DNA of 64,000 bases from Longimicrobiales bacterium (GTDB taxonomy: Bacteria; Gemmatimonadota; Gemmatimonadetes; Longimicrobiales; Gaopeijiaceae). The notes beneath the pieces were generated by a model. It had not been told where the DNA came from, did not search any database, and saw only the letters and a list, made by a program, of their open reading frames with translations. Shown here in pieces: positions 10,501 through 20,509 of this stretch. The stretch lies in the NCBI GenBank assembly GCA_965197725.1, contig CBDANQ010000061.1:64001-128000 (forward strand), given 5' to 3'. Made by a program: the position numbers and the translations under genes. The first letter of the stretch is position 1; every line of letters begins with the position of its first letter.

Positions 10501-11022
10501 GCGGCGGTCTTTGTACTTGCCGATCCCGGCGGCTTCCTCGAAGAGCCCGCGACGCTCTTCGGCACGATCGGAGAGGATCGCGTCGATCATACGGTTCTCG
10601 ATGATCGAATAGGCATTCGCACCCAATCCGGTGTCGCGACACAGGTCGAGCACATCACGTAGGCGACACGCAGATCGATTGATGGAGTACTCGCTGCCGC
10701 CATCTCGGAAGATCTGCCGGCCGACCTCTACCTCTTCGAATGGAACGGGCAGTGCTCCGTCCTCGTTGCTGACGGTGAGCGATACCGAACCGCGATTGAC
10801 CGGCCTCCGGCTCACGGTGCCCTGGAAGATCGCCTCCTCCATCTTGGCACCCCGGATCGCGGTGGGCCGCTGCTCGCCGAGCACCCAGCGTATCGCGTCG
10901 CCGATGTTGGACTTGCCACATCCGTTGGGTCCGACCACGGCGGTGATGCCGTCGTGAAACTCGATTGTGGTGGGGTCCGCGAAGGACTTGAACCCGTGAA
11001 CCTTGAGTGAGCGAAGCTTCAT
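7543..11022 (-). CDS. smc: Chromosome segregation protein SMC
   Basis: GFKSF, GPNGCGKSN Walker A, long coiled coils with hinge, LSGGE signature, LDEVDAPLD. Confidence 0.97.
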   Translation of the reverse strand: MKLRSLKVHGFKSFADPTTIEFHDGITAVVGPNGCGKSNIGDAIRWVLGEQRPTAIRGAKMEEAIFQGTVSRRPVNRGSVSLTVSNEDGALPVPFEEVEVGRQIFRDGGSEYSINRSACRLRDVLDLCRDTGLGANAYSIIENRMIDAILSDRAEERRGLFEEAAGIGKYKDRRKAATRRLERAEMDLQRLEAVISEVHSKVRSLARQKGKAQRCIEYRQRRLDVEVAVVRHQLETLRLRLSGVEKKLAGDIQTGAGKVAELGAAEAQYESLRLKEVGAEKERAEVGKALEEVRKELVRWERDLAVADERAAYAERRLAQIDEERGQALQQAETLERDERVLGSDRDRVVAELEELRGVAAARATAAQEVRERLQGARESLDEVETRERDLARRGAQLEGDAEASDAQADELGHRLVRVDAELESAADALSEIESQGDLFSDRLDELSGGLRAAQEEVDACLSASITAREELDATLVTEREAVARVAGGEARKDAIERLERDQEGLDPVAKAALALGDTGILGTLADFIEADAEATAALESHLGSLTRALVLRDRGAVERIASWFAESWAGGGGLVLLPLDSVPSTSGDCGGPFGEVRAHGDGQPWVRALLDGAEASTVDGVAVTEARGIVRVANPGGASGMLERKKQLRECSAELEEATSLEVARRTQRETAQEELAGAERGLEQSRASLYAAEDELRKVHSEVDARSDQQGRMDHLRDELSRQAEGTKVAQARALERAREARDDREILFRQEQGLNSERAEAREVVAVVQEEYEIARSEEARLAVVVARLEGDVMRLSERVDTIVGARMQANERVMALDVEESSLREEGAEARRIRAEGDEATERLFGERTTSEERVREKGQTLQEVADALAVAEKRVREARTAERAASDRRHQLELERQELGGRIERIRERLEGEWGRPLETLLQEAAPVEGEQEALQDELRELVLALDKIGPVNMLAVEEHEEESQRLEFLTEQRQDLVKARNDLRSAIREINKTATELFLGTFEDIRENFRKTFMRLFEGGEADIWFQDEDDPLESPIEIHASPRGKRTQRIDLLSGGERALTALSLLFGIYLVKPSPFCVLDEVDAPLDENNIGRFIKLLQDFKAESQFVVVTHNPRTIEAADWIYGVTMEEAGVSTIVGVKLEEALEAAGAA

Positions 11023-11038
11023 GGATTCTGGAGGGTCG

Positions 11039-11931
11039 TCATCGAACGCCCTTCGGTGAGATCCCCGGGATGTCGACCCAGCCGAGCGCAGCCGCCCCCA
11101 CGATCGCGAGCAATATGATGATCAAGACGAGCAATAGGGGGCGCCCCGACCCGCTAGCGGCGCGAGCATCACCGCCCTCCGCGGCCTCGACGATCGATGC
11201 CTCCGCTTCGGGCAGCGCAGAGTCGGCAAGGTGGGCCGGCATACCCTCCTGCTCGGCACTCTGCTCGGAGTCACCCGCCCCCGCATCCACCAGACCCGCG
11301 AGCGGGTCTACGACCCCGGCCAGCTCGTCCGGGGGAGGCATATCGCGTGGGGTGCCCGAGGCCGGACCGGTCACCGCCCGGATCGGCGCCGCCGTGCCAT
11401 CTACCGCCGACCAGGCATCTTCAGTCGACCCCGCGAGCACAACCACGTCGGTCGCCATGTCCAAGATCGCCGACTTGCCATCTGATTCAGCCCCAACGTA
11501 CATGACCAGCGTGACACCGGCCTCCACGAAACCTCGGGACAAGCGTGTCCACCGCTCGCTCGCGAGGACCGCGGCGGGATCGGCGGTCGCCGTGCCCGCG
11601 GTGATAATGAAGAACTCACTCTCGTCGGTCCGCTTGGCAACGCGCCGCACGGACGAGCCGAAGAGCACGGTGTCCGTGACGCCTTCCGTGTTGTCGGTTT
11701 CGAGGCATTCATGAAGCGTCGCGAGCGCGAGCGCGGCATCAGCGAGTACGACCCTCCGACCAGACTTACTCCATGCCCTGACGATGTCGACGGTGGCGTT
11801 GATCGCCCACCCATCCTCCCGTGCGCTCCTGGTCGCGATTACCGCGACGAGCCTTCCCGGACGGTCGGCGTGCTCCGGAAGGAGCGGAGCGGCGCTTGCG
11901 TCGAAAGCGCTCCACTCGGGGAGGTCTGCCA
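11039..11931 (-). CDS. Hypothetical protein: degenerate MinD/ParA/BY-kinase-like domain plus C-terminal TM helix
   Basis: GRRVVLADA and EGVTDTVLFGSS resemble the P-loop NTPase fold without Walker A; hydrophobic C-terminus; start uncertain (ORF extends to 12010). Confidence 0.6.
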
Positions 11932-12104
11932 TAGGCGTTGGAGGCTCGTGGTCGCTCCGCGACGGACGCGGAGTGGGCGATTCTTGGATCCATTCAATTT
12001 GCCACGGCATCGCTGCCGCGCCGGCAACAAGTTAGGTTCTCGGTGTCCGCGTAGCAAACTCGTCCATCCCCCAAAAACCCAAGCGTGCCGGGGCTTATTG
12101 AAGG

Positions 12105-12470
12105 TCAAGGCTCGTGGGCAGGCTCCCAACGGGGCGCGTCCCCCCAGAGATTCTCGAGCTGGTAGAAGTCGCGTGATCGCGGGTGGAATACGTGGACGAC
12201 GAAGTCGATGTAGTCCAGCAATACCCAGCGACCTCCGCTCAGCCCCTCGATGTGTGCGGGACGGACCTTCTCCTTCTTGAGTTCATCCACCACGTGTTCC
12301 GCGATTGCTTTGACCTGGACGTCCGAGGTCCCACTCGCAAGTACGAAGTAGTCGGTGGCGGTCGAAATGCCACGCAGATCCAGAATCAGGACGCCGTGTC
12401 CCTTGCTCTCGAGCGCGAGGTCGGCCGCGCGCGAGACTTCGGTCGGGAAGTTCCGTGCATCCGCCCTCAC
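12105..12470 (-). CDS. rsfS: Ribosome silencing factor RsfS (Iojap)
   Basis: DYFVLASGTS, WVLLDY..VVHVF, RDFYQLENLW. Confidence 0.95.
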   Translation of the reverse strand: MRADARNFPTEVSRAADLALESKGHGVLILDLRGISTATDYFVLASGTSDVQVKAIAEHVVDELKKEKVRPAHIEGLSGGRWVLLDYIDFVVHVFHPRSRDFYQLENLWGDAPRWEPAHEP

Positions 12471-12475
12471 CGACC

Positions 12476-12931
12476 CTAGCCCTCTTCCCGCTCCACCCGC
12501 ACCTCGATGCTCACCTCGACCTCAGCGTCTAGCCGGATCGTGATGGCTTCGACACCGAGCGCCTTGATCGGCTCATCGAGAAGGACCGCCCTTTTGTCGA
12601 GCTCGAAGTCCAGCTCGCCCTCGTTGGTGCGCTCGACGATGTCCATGGCAGTCACGGAACCGAACAGCTTGCCGTCGTCCCCTGCGCGCTCCACGAACGT
12701 GAGCGATACGCCCTCGAGCTGCGAAGCCCGCCGATGTGCTTCGAGGTAGTCGTGGCGTGACTTCTCTTCAGCGCGCGTCCGCTCCTCCTCCAGGCGTCGA
12801 ATATTCGCATCGCTGGCCGTAAACGCGAGCCCCTGCGGAATGAGGTAGTTGCGGCCATACCCAGGCCGGACCTGCACGACCTCGCCAGCCTCTCCGAGGT
12901 TCTCGACAGCCTTCTTCAGGATCAACTTCAT
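12476..12931 (-). CDS. rplI: 50S ribosomal protein bL9
   Basis: MKLILK..VENLG..GEVVQVRPGYGRNYLIP; GKLFGSVT. Confidence 0.97.
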   Translation of the reverse strand: MKLILKKAVENLGEAGEVVQVRPGYGRNYLIPQGLAFTASDANIRRLEEERTRAEEKSRHDYLEAHRRASQLEGVSLTFVERAGDDGKLFGSVTAMDIVERTNEGELDFELDKRAVLLDEPIKALGVEAITIRLDAEVEVSIEVRVEREEG

Positions 12932-12949
12932 CGTTCCTCCAAAGCGTCT

Positions 12950-13894
12950 TCAGGCGGCGAGTTCCACCACGCGTCCGCGTAGGTCCAGATAGATGTCACC
13001 CAGTCCGATCACCAGCGCGCCACCAAATACCAGAGTTGGCACGAGCAAGAGCCCGACCACCGTTACGAAAAAAGCGATCAGCGACACACCGCCACGCATG
13101 AACACGACGACGGCGGCGCCCCGCAAAGCGCACAGCGTCCCCATGAAGACTACCGCGTTGGCCCCCACACGCCCGAGCGGCTCGCCCACGCGCGTGACGA
13201 GGAGCAGAAGCCCCCCGACGAAGACCCATACCAGTTGGTCGTTGAATCGAAAATCTTTCAGGGGGCTCAGGCCCTGTTCACCAGTGTCCGTCAGGCGGGC
13301 ATACATCCACCACACGACGCACAGGGCTGCCATGGAGGCCACGCCGGTAACCGCCGGAAACACCTCCAGCTGAGCTTCCGCCATGTCGTACATCGACAGG
13401 ACGAGAGCTGGTGCGAGCGCTTCACCCCCACGCAACATCACGACTTGGTCCAGCATCTGGGCGATCATGAATTGGACCCGATCCCTGATCGCCCAATCCA
13501 GAGCGCTCCACGCTCCTCGGCGGAGCGCGATGAAGCCCGCCGTGACGGTGCCGGCACCGAGGACGGCGATCAAAGCCCGTGTTGACGGATTCGACGCCGG
13601 CCGCGCCAGCGACAGCGCGACGAACCACCCGCCGAGGAGGAGCGCCCAGGCTCTATCGATGAACCACACTCCATCGTGGACCCCCGATACGGTCACCAAC
13701 ATCGCGAGCGAGGCAGCGGCGAACGTCCCGAAGCCCCGCGTGCCGTTCACGCCGATGAGCAGCAAGAAGGGGATCGCAAGCAGCACGCCGGCGTTGGTGA
13801 CCGAGGCGAAGAAGACGACCGCGAGCAGTGCGGCGGCGCCACGCCAGCCGCCACCTTCCCTGGTCGAGCCCTCTAGCGGACTGGGATCCGACAC
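12950..13894 (-). CDS. YybS/DUF2232-like integral membrane protein
   Basis: Multiple TM segments, C-terminal GLGDIYLDLR, typical position between rpsR and rplI. Confidence 0.75.
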   Translation of the reverse strand: MSDPSPLEGSTREGGGWRGAAALLAVVFFASVTNAGVLLAIPFLLLIGVNGTRGFGTFAAASLAMLVTVSGVHDGVWFIDRAWALLLGGWFVALSLARPASNPSTRALIAVLGAGTVTAGFIALRRGAWSALDWAIRDRVQFMIAQMLDQVVMLRGGEALAPALVLSMYDMAEAQLEVFPAVTGVASMAALCVVWWMYARLTDTGEQGLSPLKDFRFNDQLVWVFVGGLLLLVTRVGEPLGRVGANAVVFMGTLCALRGAAVVVFMRGGVSLIAFFVTVVGLLLVPTLVFGGALVIGLGDIYLDLRGRVVELAA

Positions 13895-13900
13895 GTTCGG

Positions 13901-14560
13901 TCAGCCTTCGGTACGCCGCGTATACGGGACCAACGCGAGATATCGTGCGCGCTTCACAGCGCGGCCAAGCTGACGCTGGAAACCCGCGGAGACCTTCGTA
14001 GTACGCTTCGGCAGAATCTTGCCCTGCTCGGTCATGAAATGTGATAGCGTGCCAACGTCCTTGTAATCGAGGACCAGGATGGGTGGACCCTCCATCCGGC
14101 GACGACGCCCGCGCGGGCCCGAGAAGTCCTGGGGCCCTGCACGGTTGTGAGCCTCCTCTTCGACCGCTTCCTCTTCCGGCTCGTCTTCCTCCTGCTCGTC
14201 CTCGTCGCTTTCGTCCCCCTCTTCGAAGGCACGAGGCCGGGCCTCGCCCAGAACCGAGGCGCCGCTGGTGAGTTCACCCTCGCTCACCACGAGCAGATAC
14301 CGTATCACGTCGCCGTCGAGCTTGAGCAGGCGCTCGTACTCCGGCAGGGCCTCCGGAGCGGACGTGAAGTGCGCCACGACGTAGTAGCCAGCCGAGAGCT
14401 TGTTGATCGGGTACGCGAGCTGGCGGGTTCCCCAGTGATCGATCGCGGAGACCTCACCGCCCTTGGAAGTCACCAGCTCGTGGAGTTTCTCGAGCTTGGC
14501 CGTGACGGCGTCCTCTAGGAGCGCCGGGTCGAGAATGTACACGACCTCGTAAAGCCGCAT
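13901..14560 (-). CDS. rpsF-rpsR: Fused 30S ribosomal proteins bS6-bS18 (single ORF, acidic linker)
   Basis: N-term [12 protein letters not shown]...[10 protein letters not shown]...VIRYL (S6); C-term [19 protein letters not shown]...[19 protein letters not shown] (S18); no stop between. Confidence 0.93.
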   Translation of the reverse strand: MRLYEVVYILDPALLEDAVTAKLEKLHELVTSKGGEVSAIDHWGTRQLAYPINKLSAGYYVVAHFTSAPEALPEYERLLKLDGDVIRYLLVVSEGELTSGASVLGEARPRAFEEGDESDEDEQEEDEPEEEAVEEEAHNRAGPQDFSGPRGRRRRMEGPPILVLDYKDVGTLSHFMTEQGKILPKRTTKVSAGFQRQLGRAVKRARYLALVPYTRRTEG

Positions 14561-14714
14561 GATTCGTTCCCTCGGTCCGTGGTTGGAACGGGCCCCGTCA
14601 TGTCGACCATCTCGGCTGCGGCGCCAGTGGTAGGACGGAGCGGGATAACTGTGTGTGCCGCTTCCGGCACGGCGGAAAAGCTAGTGGATCGGGAGTGGAG
14701 GAGGAAGCGCTTAT

Positions 14715-15917
14715 CTAGTTCAGCGCCGTCTGAACGGCCGCGATCAGCCCCGGATATCGTGCGTACGCCCAGCGGGCCTCTTCGACGTCCAAGCGCTCGC
14801 GGTTGGTGTGCGCGAAGCGCTCCTCACCCGGCGCGAAGCCTACCGTCGGAATCCCGTGTACACCGCACGACCAGCCACCGTCGGTGGCGAAAGTCCACGG
14901 GCGCACCTCGGCGGCCTCGTCGGGAGCCCCTAGTCGGCCGACGGCGCGGGCCGCCGCGCCCACGATGGGATGCGACGGGTCCATGAGGAAACCGGGTGAG
15001 AAGAGGTCTCGGTCGGCCACGAAGCCCGTATAGGTGACCTGACGCTCGGTCGCCATGCGCACCTCGTATCCGAGTGCGTCTGGGACCGACGGGATGCGCG
15101 CCTCGACAGCTTCTCGCACGCGACGAACGAGCGACTCGTGGTCGTCGCCGGGAAGGAATCTCCAATCCAGCGCCACGATCGCTTGATCGGGAATCACGTT
15201 TCGAGTCTGCGGCAGCACATTCACCATAGTCGCAATCAAGCTCGCAGTGCCCAACAGCTCGTCCGATTCTTGGCTTGCCGCCAGGTCTCGGACCGCTAGC
15301 AGTACGTCGCCCAGCAGGTCGAGCGCGTTGGCCGCCCTTTCAGGGGCGCTGGCATGGCCGGCCACCCCTGTCAGGACGACCTCGAGCTCTGCTCGACCCC
15401 GGTGGCCGATACAGATGTCTCCATGCGTGCATTCGCCGATGATCACCACACGGGGCTCTACGCCTCCGGATTCCAGCAGGTGCTTCATGCCGAGGCCGCC
15501 GCACTCCTCGTAGACCGTATGCGCGACGATGACGTCGCCTGGTGCTTCGTCCATCATGGACGCGGCCGCGTAGGTCTGAAGCGCAAGCGGGCCCTTGATG
15601 TCCATGGCGCCCCGACCGTGTAGGAAGCCGTCCCGGAGGTCGCCACTGAACGGCGGCACTTCCCACTCCGAGTGATCCCCCTCCGCCACGACGTCGAGGT
15701 GGCAGTTGAGCATCGCCGCCGGGGCGTCACCCCGCCCTCGCGCGACCCCGATCACGTTGCCCGCGTCGTCTACACGCGCGTCCTCGAGTCCGATCGCCTC
15801 CATCTCCTGGAATAAACGCCGAGCGACGTCGTCCTCCTGGCCCGAGAGACCCGGGATAGCAATGAGATCAGCGGCAAACGCCAGCGCGTTCTCGAAATTC
15901 GCTGCCTTGGCCATCAT
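14715..15917 (-). CDS. M20/M25/M40 family metallopeptidase/deacylase
   Basis: HLDVV, GRGAMDIKG, EE, GHAS, N-VIP, AHT motifs. Confidence 0.88.
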   Translation of the reverse strand: MMAKAANFENALAFAADLIAIPGLSGQEDDVARRLFQEMEAIGLEDARVDDAGNVIGVARGRGDAPAAMLNCHLDVVAEGDHSEWEVPPFSGDLRDGFLHGRGAMDIKGPLALQTYAAASMMDEAPGDVIVAHTVYEECGGLGMKHLLESGGVEPRVVIIGECTHGDICIGHRGRAELEVVLTGVAGHASAPERAANALDLLGDVLLAVRDLAASQESDELLGTASLIATMVNVLPQTRNVIPDQAIVALDWRFLPGDDHESLVRRVREAVEARIPSVPDALGYEVRMATERQVTYTGFVADRDLFSPGFLMDPSHPIVGAAARAVGRLGAPDEAAEVRPWTFATDGGWSCGVHGIPTVGFAPGEERFAHTNRERLDVEEARWAYARYPGLIAAVQTALN

Positions 15918-15937
15918 CTACCCGATCTTTTCTAAGG

Positions 15938-18070
15938 TCAACCCAAGAGCCCCTGGATCACGTGCACGAGCCACGATGTGGACTGCGCGTCCACCTCTAT
16001 GCCGTGATGAGCCGCGAACCACGGTGCGAGCACGAGCGACACCACGCTCATGAGCTTGATGAGGATGTTCAGCGACGGGCCCGAAGTGTCCTTGAACGGA
16101 TCACCCACGGTGTCACCGATGACCGCCGCCATGTGCGGATCGGAGCCCTTTCCGCCGTATGCACCACCCTCGATGTACTTCTTCGCGTTGTCCCACGCAC
16201 CACCGGAGTTGGCCATGAAGAGGGCCATGAGCACGCCGGTCACCAGCGCGCCGGCGAGCATGCCTCCGAGCGCGGTCACACCCATGAAGTACCCGACGAT
16301 GACCGGCGCCAGTACGGCGGTGAGTCCGGGCAGGATCATTTCGCGTAGCGCAGCCTGCGTCGAGATATCGATGCAGCGCGCCGAGTCCGGTTTCGCGGTG
16401 CCTTCCAGGATGCCCGGGATCTCCCTGAACTGTCGGCGTACCTCGTCCACCATGCCCTGAGCCGCTCGACCCACCGCCGTCATCGTGAGCGCGGCCACGA
16501 AGAACGGCAGCATACCACCGATGAACAGGCCGATCACCACGATCGGATCGATGATGTCGATGCCGGTCTCCTGCAGTCCCACACTGGCCGAGTAGGCCGA
16601 GAAGAGCGCGAGCGCCGTGAGCGCGGCAGAGCCGATAGCGAAGCCTTTGCCTATGGCGGCCGTCGTATTGCCGATCGCGTCGAGCGAGTCGGTGATCTCG
16701 CGGGTCTCCGGCCCCAGGCCGCTCATCTCGCTGATGCCACCCGCATTGTCGGCGATCGGCCCGTACGCGTCGACGGTCATCGTCACGCCCACGGTCGCGA
16801 GCATCCCGACCGCGGAGATGCCGATGCCGTACAGACCGGCAAACTGGAATGACGTCCCGATCGCCACACAGATCAGGATGACGGGGACCACCGTCGACTC
16901 CATGCCAACCGCGAGACCGGCAATGAGGTTCGTCGCCGCACCCGTCTGGCTCGCCTCCGCAATCTTCCGTACGGGACCCGCCGCCGTGTAGTACTGTGTC
17001 ACCATGCCTATGAGGATGCCTGCCATCGTACCGGCAACGATCGCGATCCATGGACCGGTCGCTCCGTAGGTGACCCCCGCATCGGTCGTGTACGTGATGC
17101 GCATGGCCTGAACGACGAAGTACATCGTGCCGAGGAAAAGGCCGCCGGCGATCCAGGTCGTGCCGTGTAGGGCGCGGGAAGCATCGCGTTTCTCGAGCAT
17201 CTTCATAGCCCCGATGCCCACCAGCGACGCGATGAGCCCGACCATCACCGTGACGAGCGGCAGCGCGACCGCGGCAGCACGATTCTCCGCCATCGCGGAG
17301 GCCGTGGCGCCGATCGCGATCGTGGCCACGATCGAGCCCACGTACGACTCGAAGATATCCGCCCCCATACCCGCCACGTCGCCGACGTTGTCACCGACAT
17401 TGTCCGCGATCGTGGCAGGGTTTCGCGGATCGTCCTCGGGGATGCCGGCCTCGAGCTTTCCGACCAGGTCGGCACCGACGTCCGCTGCCTTTGTGTAGAT
17501 ACCGCCGCCGACGCGTGCGAAGAGGGCGATCGAGCTCGCGCCCATCGCGAAGCCGGAGACGATCTTGGCGAAGCCCGAGAACTCACCCGTGCCCGGCACC
17601 GCGTCCGCGGCGAAGACTAGATAGAGCACGCCAAGGCCGAGCAGGCCGAGCGACGCCACAGCGAGACCCATGACGGCTCCGCCGAAGAAGGCGATGCGTA
17701 GCGCCTTGCCCTGACCCTCCTCGTTGGCCGCGGCCGCGGTCCTCGTATTCGCCCGAGTGGCGGCCTTCATGCCCGCGAAACCGGCCGCGACCGAGCTCAA
17801 AGCGCCGAAGACGTACGCAAGCGCCGGGGTCGTGCCGATTCCCGGCGCCAGGCTCAACAGAATCGCCACGACGACGACGAAGCCCGCCAACACGCTGTAC
17901 TCGCGCCGGAGGAACGTCATCGCGCCGTCGTGGATCTGCTCCCCGATGTCGATCATGACGTCGGTCCCGGCCGGCTGCTTTTTCACGTAGCCGTAGGTAG
18001 CCGCCGCGATGCCGAGGCCCACGAGGCCAAGGATCCAGGCGAAGTCGGTGAATGCCACGAAGTCGGTCAT
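15938..18070 (-). CDS. hppA: Membrane-bound ion-translocating pyrophosphatase, K+-dependent type (possibly Na+-pumping)
   Basis: [32 protein letters not shown] (Ala at this position marks K+-dependence), [10 protein letters not shown]. Confidence 0.95.
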   Translation of the reverse strand: MTDFVAFTDFAWILGLVGLGIAAATYGYVKKQPAGTDVMIDIGEQIHDGAMTFLRREYSVLAGFVVVVAILLSLAPGIGTTPALAYVFGALSSVAAGFAGMKAATRANTRTAAAANEEGQGKALRIAFFGGAVMGLAVASLGLLGLGVLYLVFAADAVPGTGEFSGFAKIVSGFAMGASSIALFARVGGGIYTKAADVGADLVGKLEAGIPEDDPRNPATIADNVGDNVGDVAGMGADIFESYVGSIVATIAIGATASAMAENRAAAVALPLVTVMVGLIASLVGIGAMKMLEKRDASRALHGTTWIAGGLFLGTMYFVVQAMRITYTTDAGVTYGATGPWIAIVAGTMAGILIGMVTQYYTAAGPVRKIAEASQTGAATNLIAGLAVGMESTVVPVILICVAIGTSFQFAGLYGIGISAVGMLATVGVTMTVDAYGPIADNAGGISEMSGLGPETREITDSLDAIGNTTAAIGKGFAIGSAALTALALFSAYSASVGLQETGIDIIDPIVVIGLFIGGMLPFFVAALTMTAVGRAAQGMVDEVRRQFREIPGILEGTAKPDSARCIDISTQAALREMILPGLTAVLAPVIVGYFMGVTALGGMLAGALVTGVLMALFMANSGGAWDNAKKYIEGGAYGGKGSDPHMAAVIGDTVGDPFKDTSGPSLNILIKLMSVVSLVLAPWFAAHHGIEVDAQSTSWLVHVIQGLLG

Positions 18071-18113
18071 CGATTCGGTCTTCCTGTTTTCCGTTGTTCG
18101 TAAGAACTCTCGT

Positions 18114-18686
18114 CTATCGGTTGAAGCTGTTCATCGCCGCTTCACTCCCGTCGTTGATCCACAGCTCCACGGCTTCGGTCAACTCGGGTAACAAAGCAAC
18201 CACTATGTCTTCATCTCCCTCAGGCATCTCCGAGAGAACCCAGTCTGAAAGGTCCGCCCCATCCGGCTTGAGCCCCACGCCGATCCGGAGTCGCGCGTAG
18301 TCGTTGGACTGCAGCGCACCCGAGATGGACTTGAGCCCGTTGTGTCCGCCCGCCCCGCCCTCGGGGCGGAAGCGAACGCGACCCACGTGCAACGCGGCGT
18401 CGTCGACGACGATCAGGAGGTCCTCGCTCGCGTCGAACGACTCGAGGGTCTGGAGTGGCCGTAGCGACAACCCGCTTCGATTCATGTAGGTCGTGGGCTT
18501 CATGACACGCACCGGCGTCCCGCCCACGGTCCCTTCCGTGACGAAGGCCCGACCCTCGCGCTTGAAGAAGTCGAACCCCCAGTCGTAGGCGAGTCGGTCC
18601 GCGACCCACCATCCGACGTTGTGCCGACTGGTATCGTGCTCAGGCCCGGGATTCCCGAGCCCGATCACGACTTTCATGTGCGCCAC
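18114..18686 (-). CDS. pth: Peptidyl-tRNA hydrolase
   Basis: [29 protein letters not shown]. Confidence 0.96.
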   Translation of the reverse strand: MAHMKVVIGLGNPGPEHDTSRHNVGWWVADRLAYDWGFDFFKREGRAFVTEGTVGGTPVRVMKPTTYMNRSGLSLRPLQTLESFDASEDLLIVVDDAALHVGRVRFRPEGGAGGHNGLKSISGALQSNDYARLRIGVGLKPDGADLSDWVLSEMPEGDEDIVVALLPELTEAVELWINDGSEAAMNSFNR

Positions 18687-18698
18687 GAGAACGAGGGA

Positions 18699-19394
18699 TC
18701 AGCCCTCGTCTTCTTGGGAGTCGTCGGCCTCGTCCGAACCCTCGGCCGCAGGTGCACCGTCCTCCAGTTCCTCGCCTTCGAGTTCCTCGCCTTCGAGCAG
18801 CTCCTCTTCCTCTTCGGGCTCCTCGATCACCTTCGGAATCGCCACGGAGCAGAGCGTGCGCTTCTGCTCGACGGTAACCTCGACGCCTTCCTCGAACTCG
18901 ATGTCGTAGACGTGCAGGGACTCGTTGACGTCCAAGTGCGTCACATCGATGTCGATGGATTGCGGGATCTTCGACGGAATGCAACGCACCGGGAGGTCGT
19001 GGATGATCTGCTCCAGCACGCCGCCGCTGTTCTTCACGCCCTCCGGAATACCCAGGAGCTGTACGGGCACGTTGACGTCCACCGTGATACCCTCCTGGAT
19101 CCGAAGGAAGTCGACATGGATCAGCAACTGCCTCAAGGGATGCACCTGGATCTCTCGAATGAGCGTCTGGTACGCCTTCTCCTCCCCCTCGACGGCGAGG
19201 TCCACGATCGTGTTGTCCACGCTGATCGAGTGGAAGAGCTGTTCCGCCTCTCTTGTGTCCAGAGAGAGATGAACCGGTTCGAGCTCTCGGCCATAGAGAA
19301 CCGCCGGGACTCGCCCTGCGGCGCGGAGTTTACGCGCAACGCCCTTGCCGGTGCCTTCCCGTTTCTGGGCGGGTAAAGTCGCTGTGTTCGCCAT
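18699..19394 (-). CDS. rplY: 50S ribosomal protein bL25/Ctc
   Basis: REGTGKGVARKLRAAGRVPAVLYG, HVDF, acidic tail; ATG at 19394 with AGAGGGGA SD. Confidence 0.96.
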   Translation of the reverse strand: MANTATLPAQKREGTGKGVARKLRAAGRVPAVLYGRELEPVHLSLDTREAEQLFHSISVDNTIVDLAVEGEEKAYQTLIREIQVHPLRQLLIHVDFLRIQEGITVDVNVPVQLLGIPEGVKNSGGVLEQIIHDLPVRCIPSKIPQSIDIDVTHLDVNESLHVYDIEFEEGVEVTVEQKRTLCSVAIPKVIEEPEEEEELLEGEELEGEELEDGAPAAEGSDEADDSQEDEG

Positions 19395-19444
19395 TTGTCT
19401 CCCCTCTGATGATCGGCCCCCGGGCTCTCCCGGGGCCCTTTCCC

Positions 19445-20410
19445 TCAGTCGTCTGGCGGAGTCTCGAAGAGTTGACTCACCGACTCGTTCGAATGCACGT
19501 GGTCGATCGCCTTCGCCAAGAGGCCCGCTACCGAGAGCACCTTGAGCTTCTCGAACCTCTTCTCCTCCGGTATGTGGATCGTGTTCGTCACAATCACTTC
19601 CTCCACGGGCGCCTCCTGCAGACGCTGCGCGGCGCCATCCGAGAGCAGCGGGTGCGTCGCGGCCGCATACACGACCTCGGCTCCCCGGTCCTTCAAGGCG
19701 CGGATCGCGGTGGACAAGGAGCCACCCGTATCCACCATATCGTCGACGAGGAGGCATGCCTTGCCCTCCACCTCACCGACCACGTTCATCACTTCCGACA
19801 GGTTCGCTTTCGGGCGCCGCTTGTCGATGATCGCGAACGCGGCACCCAACCGTTTCGCGTATCCCCGGGCCATCTTAGCCGCACCTACGTCAGGCGAGAC
19901 GACGACAAGGTCATTCAGGCCCAGGTCGCCGAAGTATTTCGTCAGGACCGGAGCCGCATACATGTGATCCACTGGGATGTCGAAGAACCCCTGAATCTGA
20001 TGCTGGTGGAAGTCGATCGAGATCACGCGATCCGTACCGGCCGCAACCACTAGATTCGCCGCGAGCTTCGCGCCGATCGCCACACGCGGCTGATCCTTCC
20101 TGTCCTGCCGGCCGTAGCCGAAGTACGGGATCACCGCGGTGACCCGCGCCGCCGACGCCCGCTTCGCGGCGTCGATCAGCAGGCACAACTCCATGATGTT
20201 GTCGGCCGGAGCCGACGTGGGCTGGAGGATGAATACGTCCCGACCACGCACGTCGTGGTCGATTCGCACGAAGATCTCCCCGTCCGCGAACTCCTTGACC
20301 GTCGCCCCATCGGGCGACATCCCAATCCTGTCACCGATCTCCGCGGACAGCGCTCGATTGGCTCGCCCACTGAGCAGAAGAAGGGAGCCCCGCATGTACG
20401 TGTCGTCCAT
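19445..20410 (-). CDS. prs: Ribose-phosphate pyrophosphokinase
   Basis: FADGE, PYFGYGRQDRK, VVSPDVGA, VDDMVDTGGS; start approximate. Confidence 0.96.
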   Translation of the reverse strand: MDDTYMRGSLLLLSGRANRALSAEIGDRIGMSPDGATVKEFADGEIFVRIDHDVRGRDVFILQPTSAPADNIMELCLLIDAAKRASAARVTAVIPYFGYGRQDRKDQPRVAIGAKLAANLVVAAGTDRVISIDFHQHQIQGFFDIPVDHMYAAPVLTKYFGDLGLNDLVVVSPDVGAAKMARGYAKRLGAAFAIIDKRRPKANLSEVMNVVGEVEGKACLLVDDMVDTGGSLSTAIRALKDRGAEVVYAAATHPLLSDGAAQRLQEAPVEEVIVTNTIHIPEEKRFEKLKVLSVAGLLAKAIDHVHSNESVSQLFETPPDD

Positions 20411-20509
20411 CTTTGCCGAGGCTTGAAGTCCGATCCTACGAGACACGATCTAGAGAGCGCGAAAAGCTAGAAAGGACACGCGAAGGGGTCAACGCGTCAT
20501 CATCGGCTC

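Noticed and set aside
19395..19757. N-terminal extension of rplY in the ORF track
   Set aside because: Overlaps prs; true start with SD is at 19394
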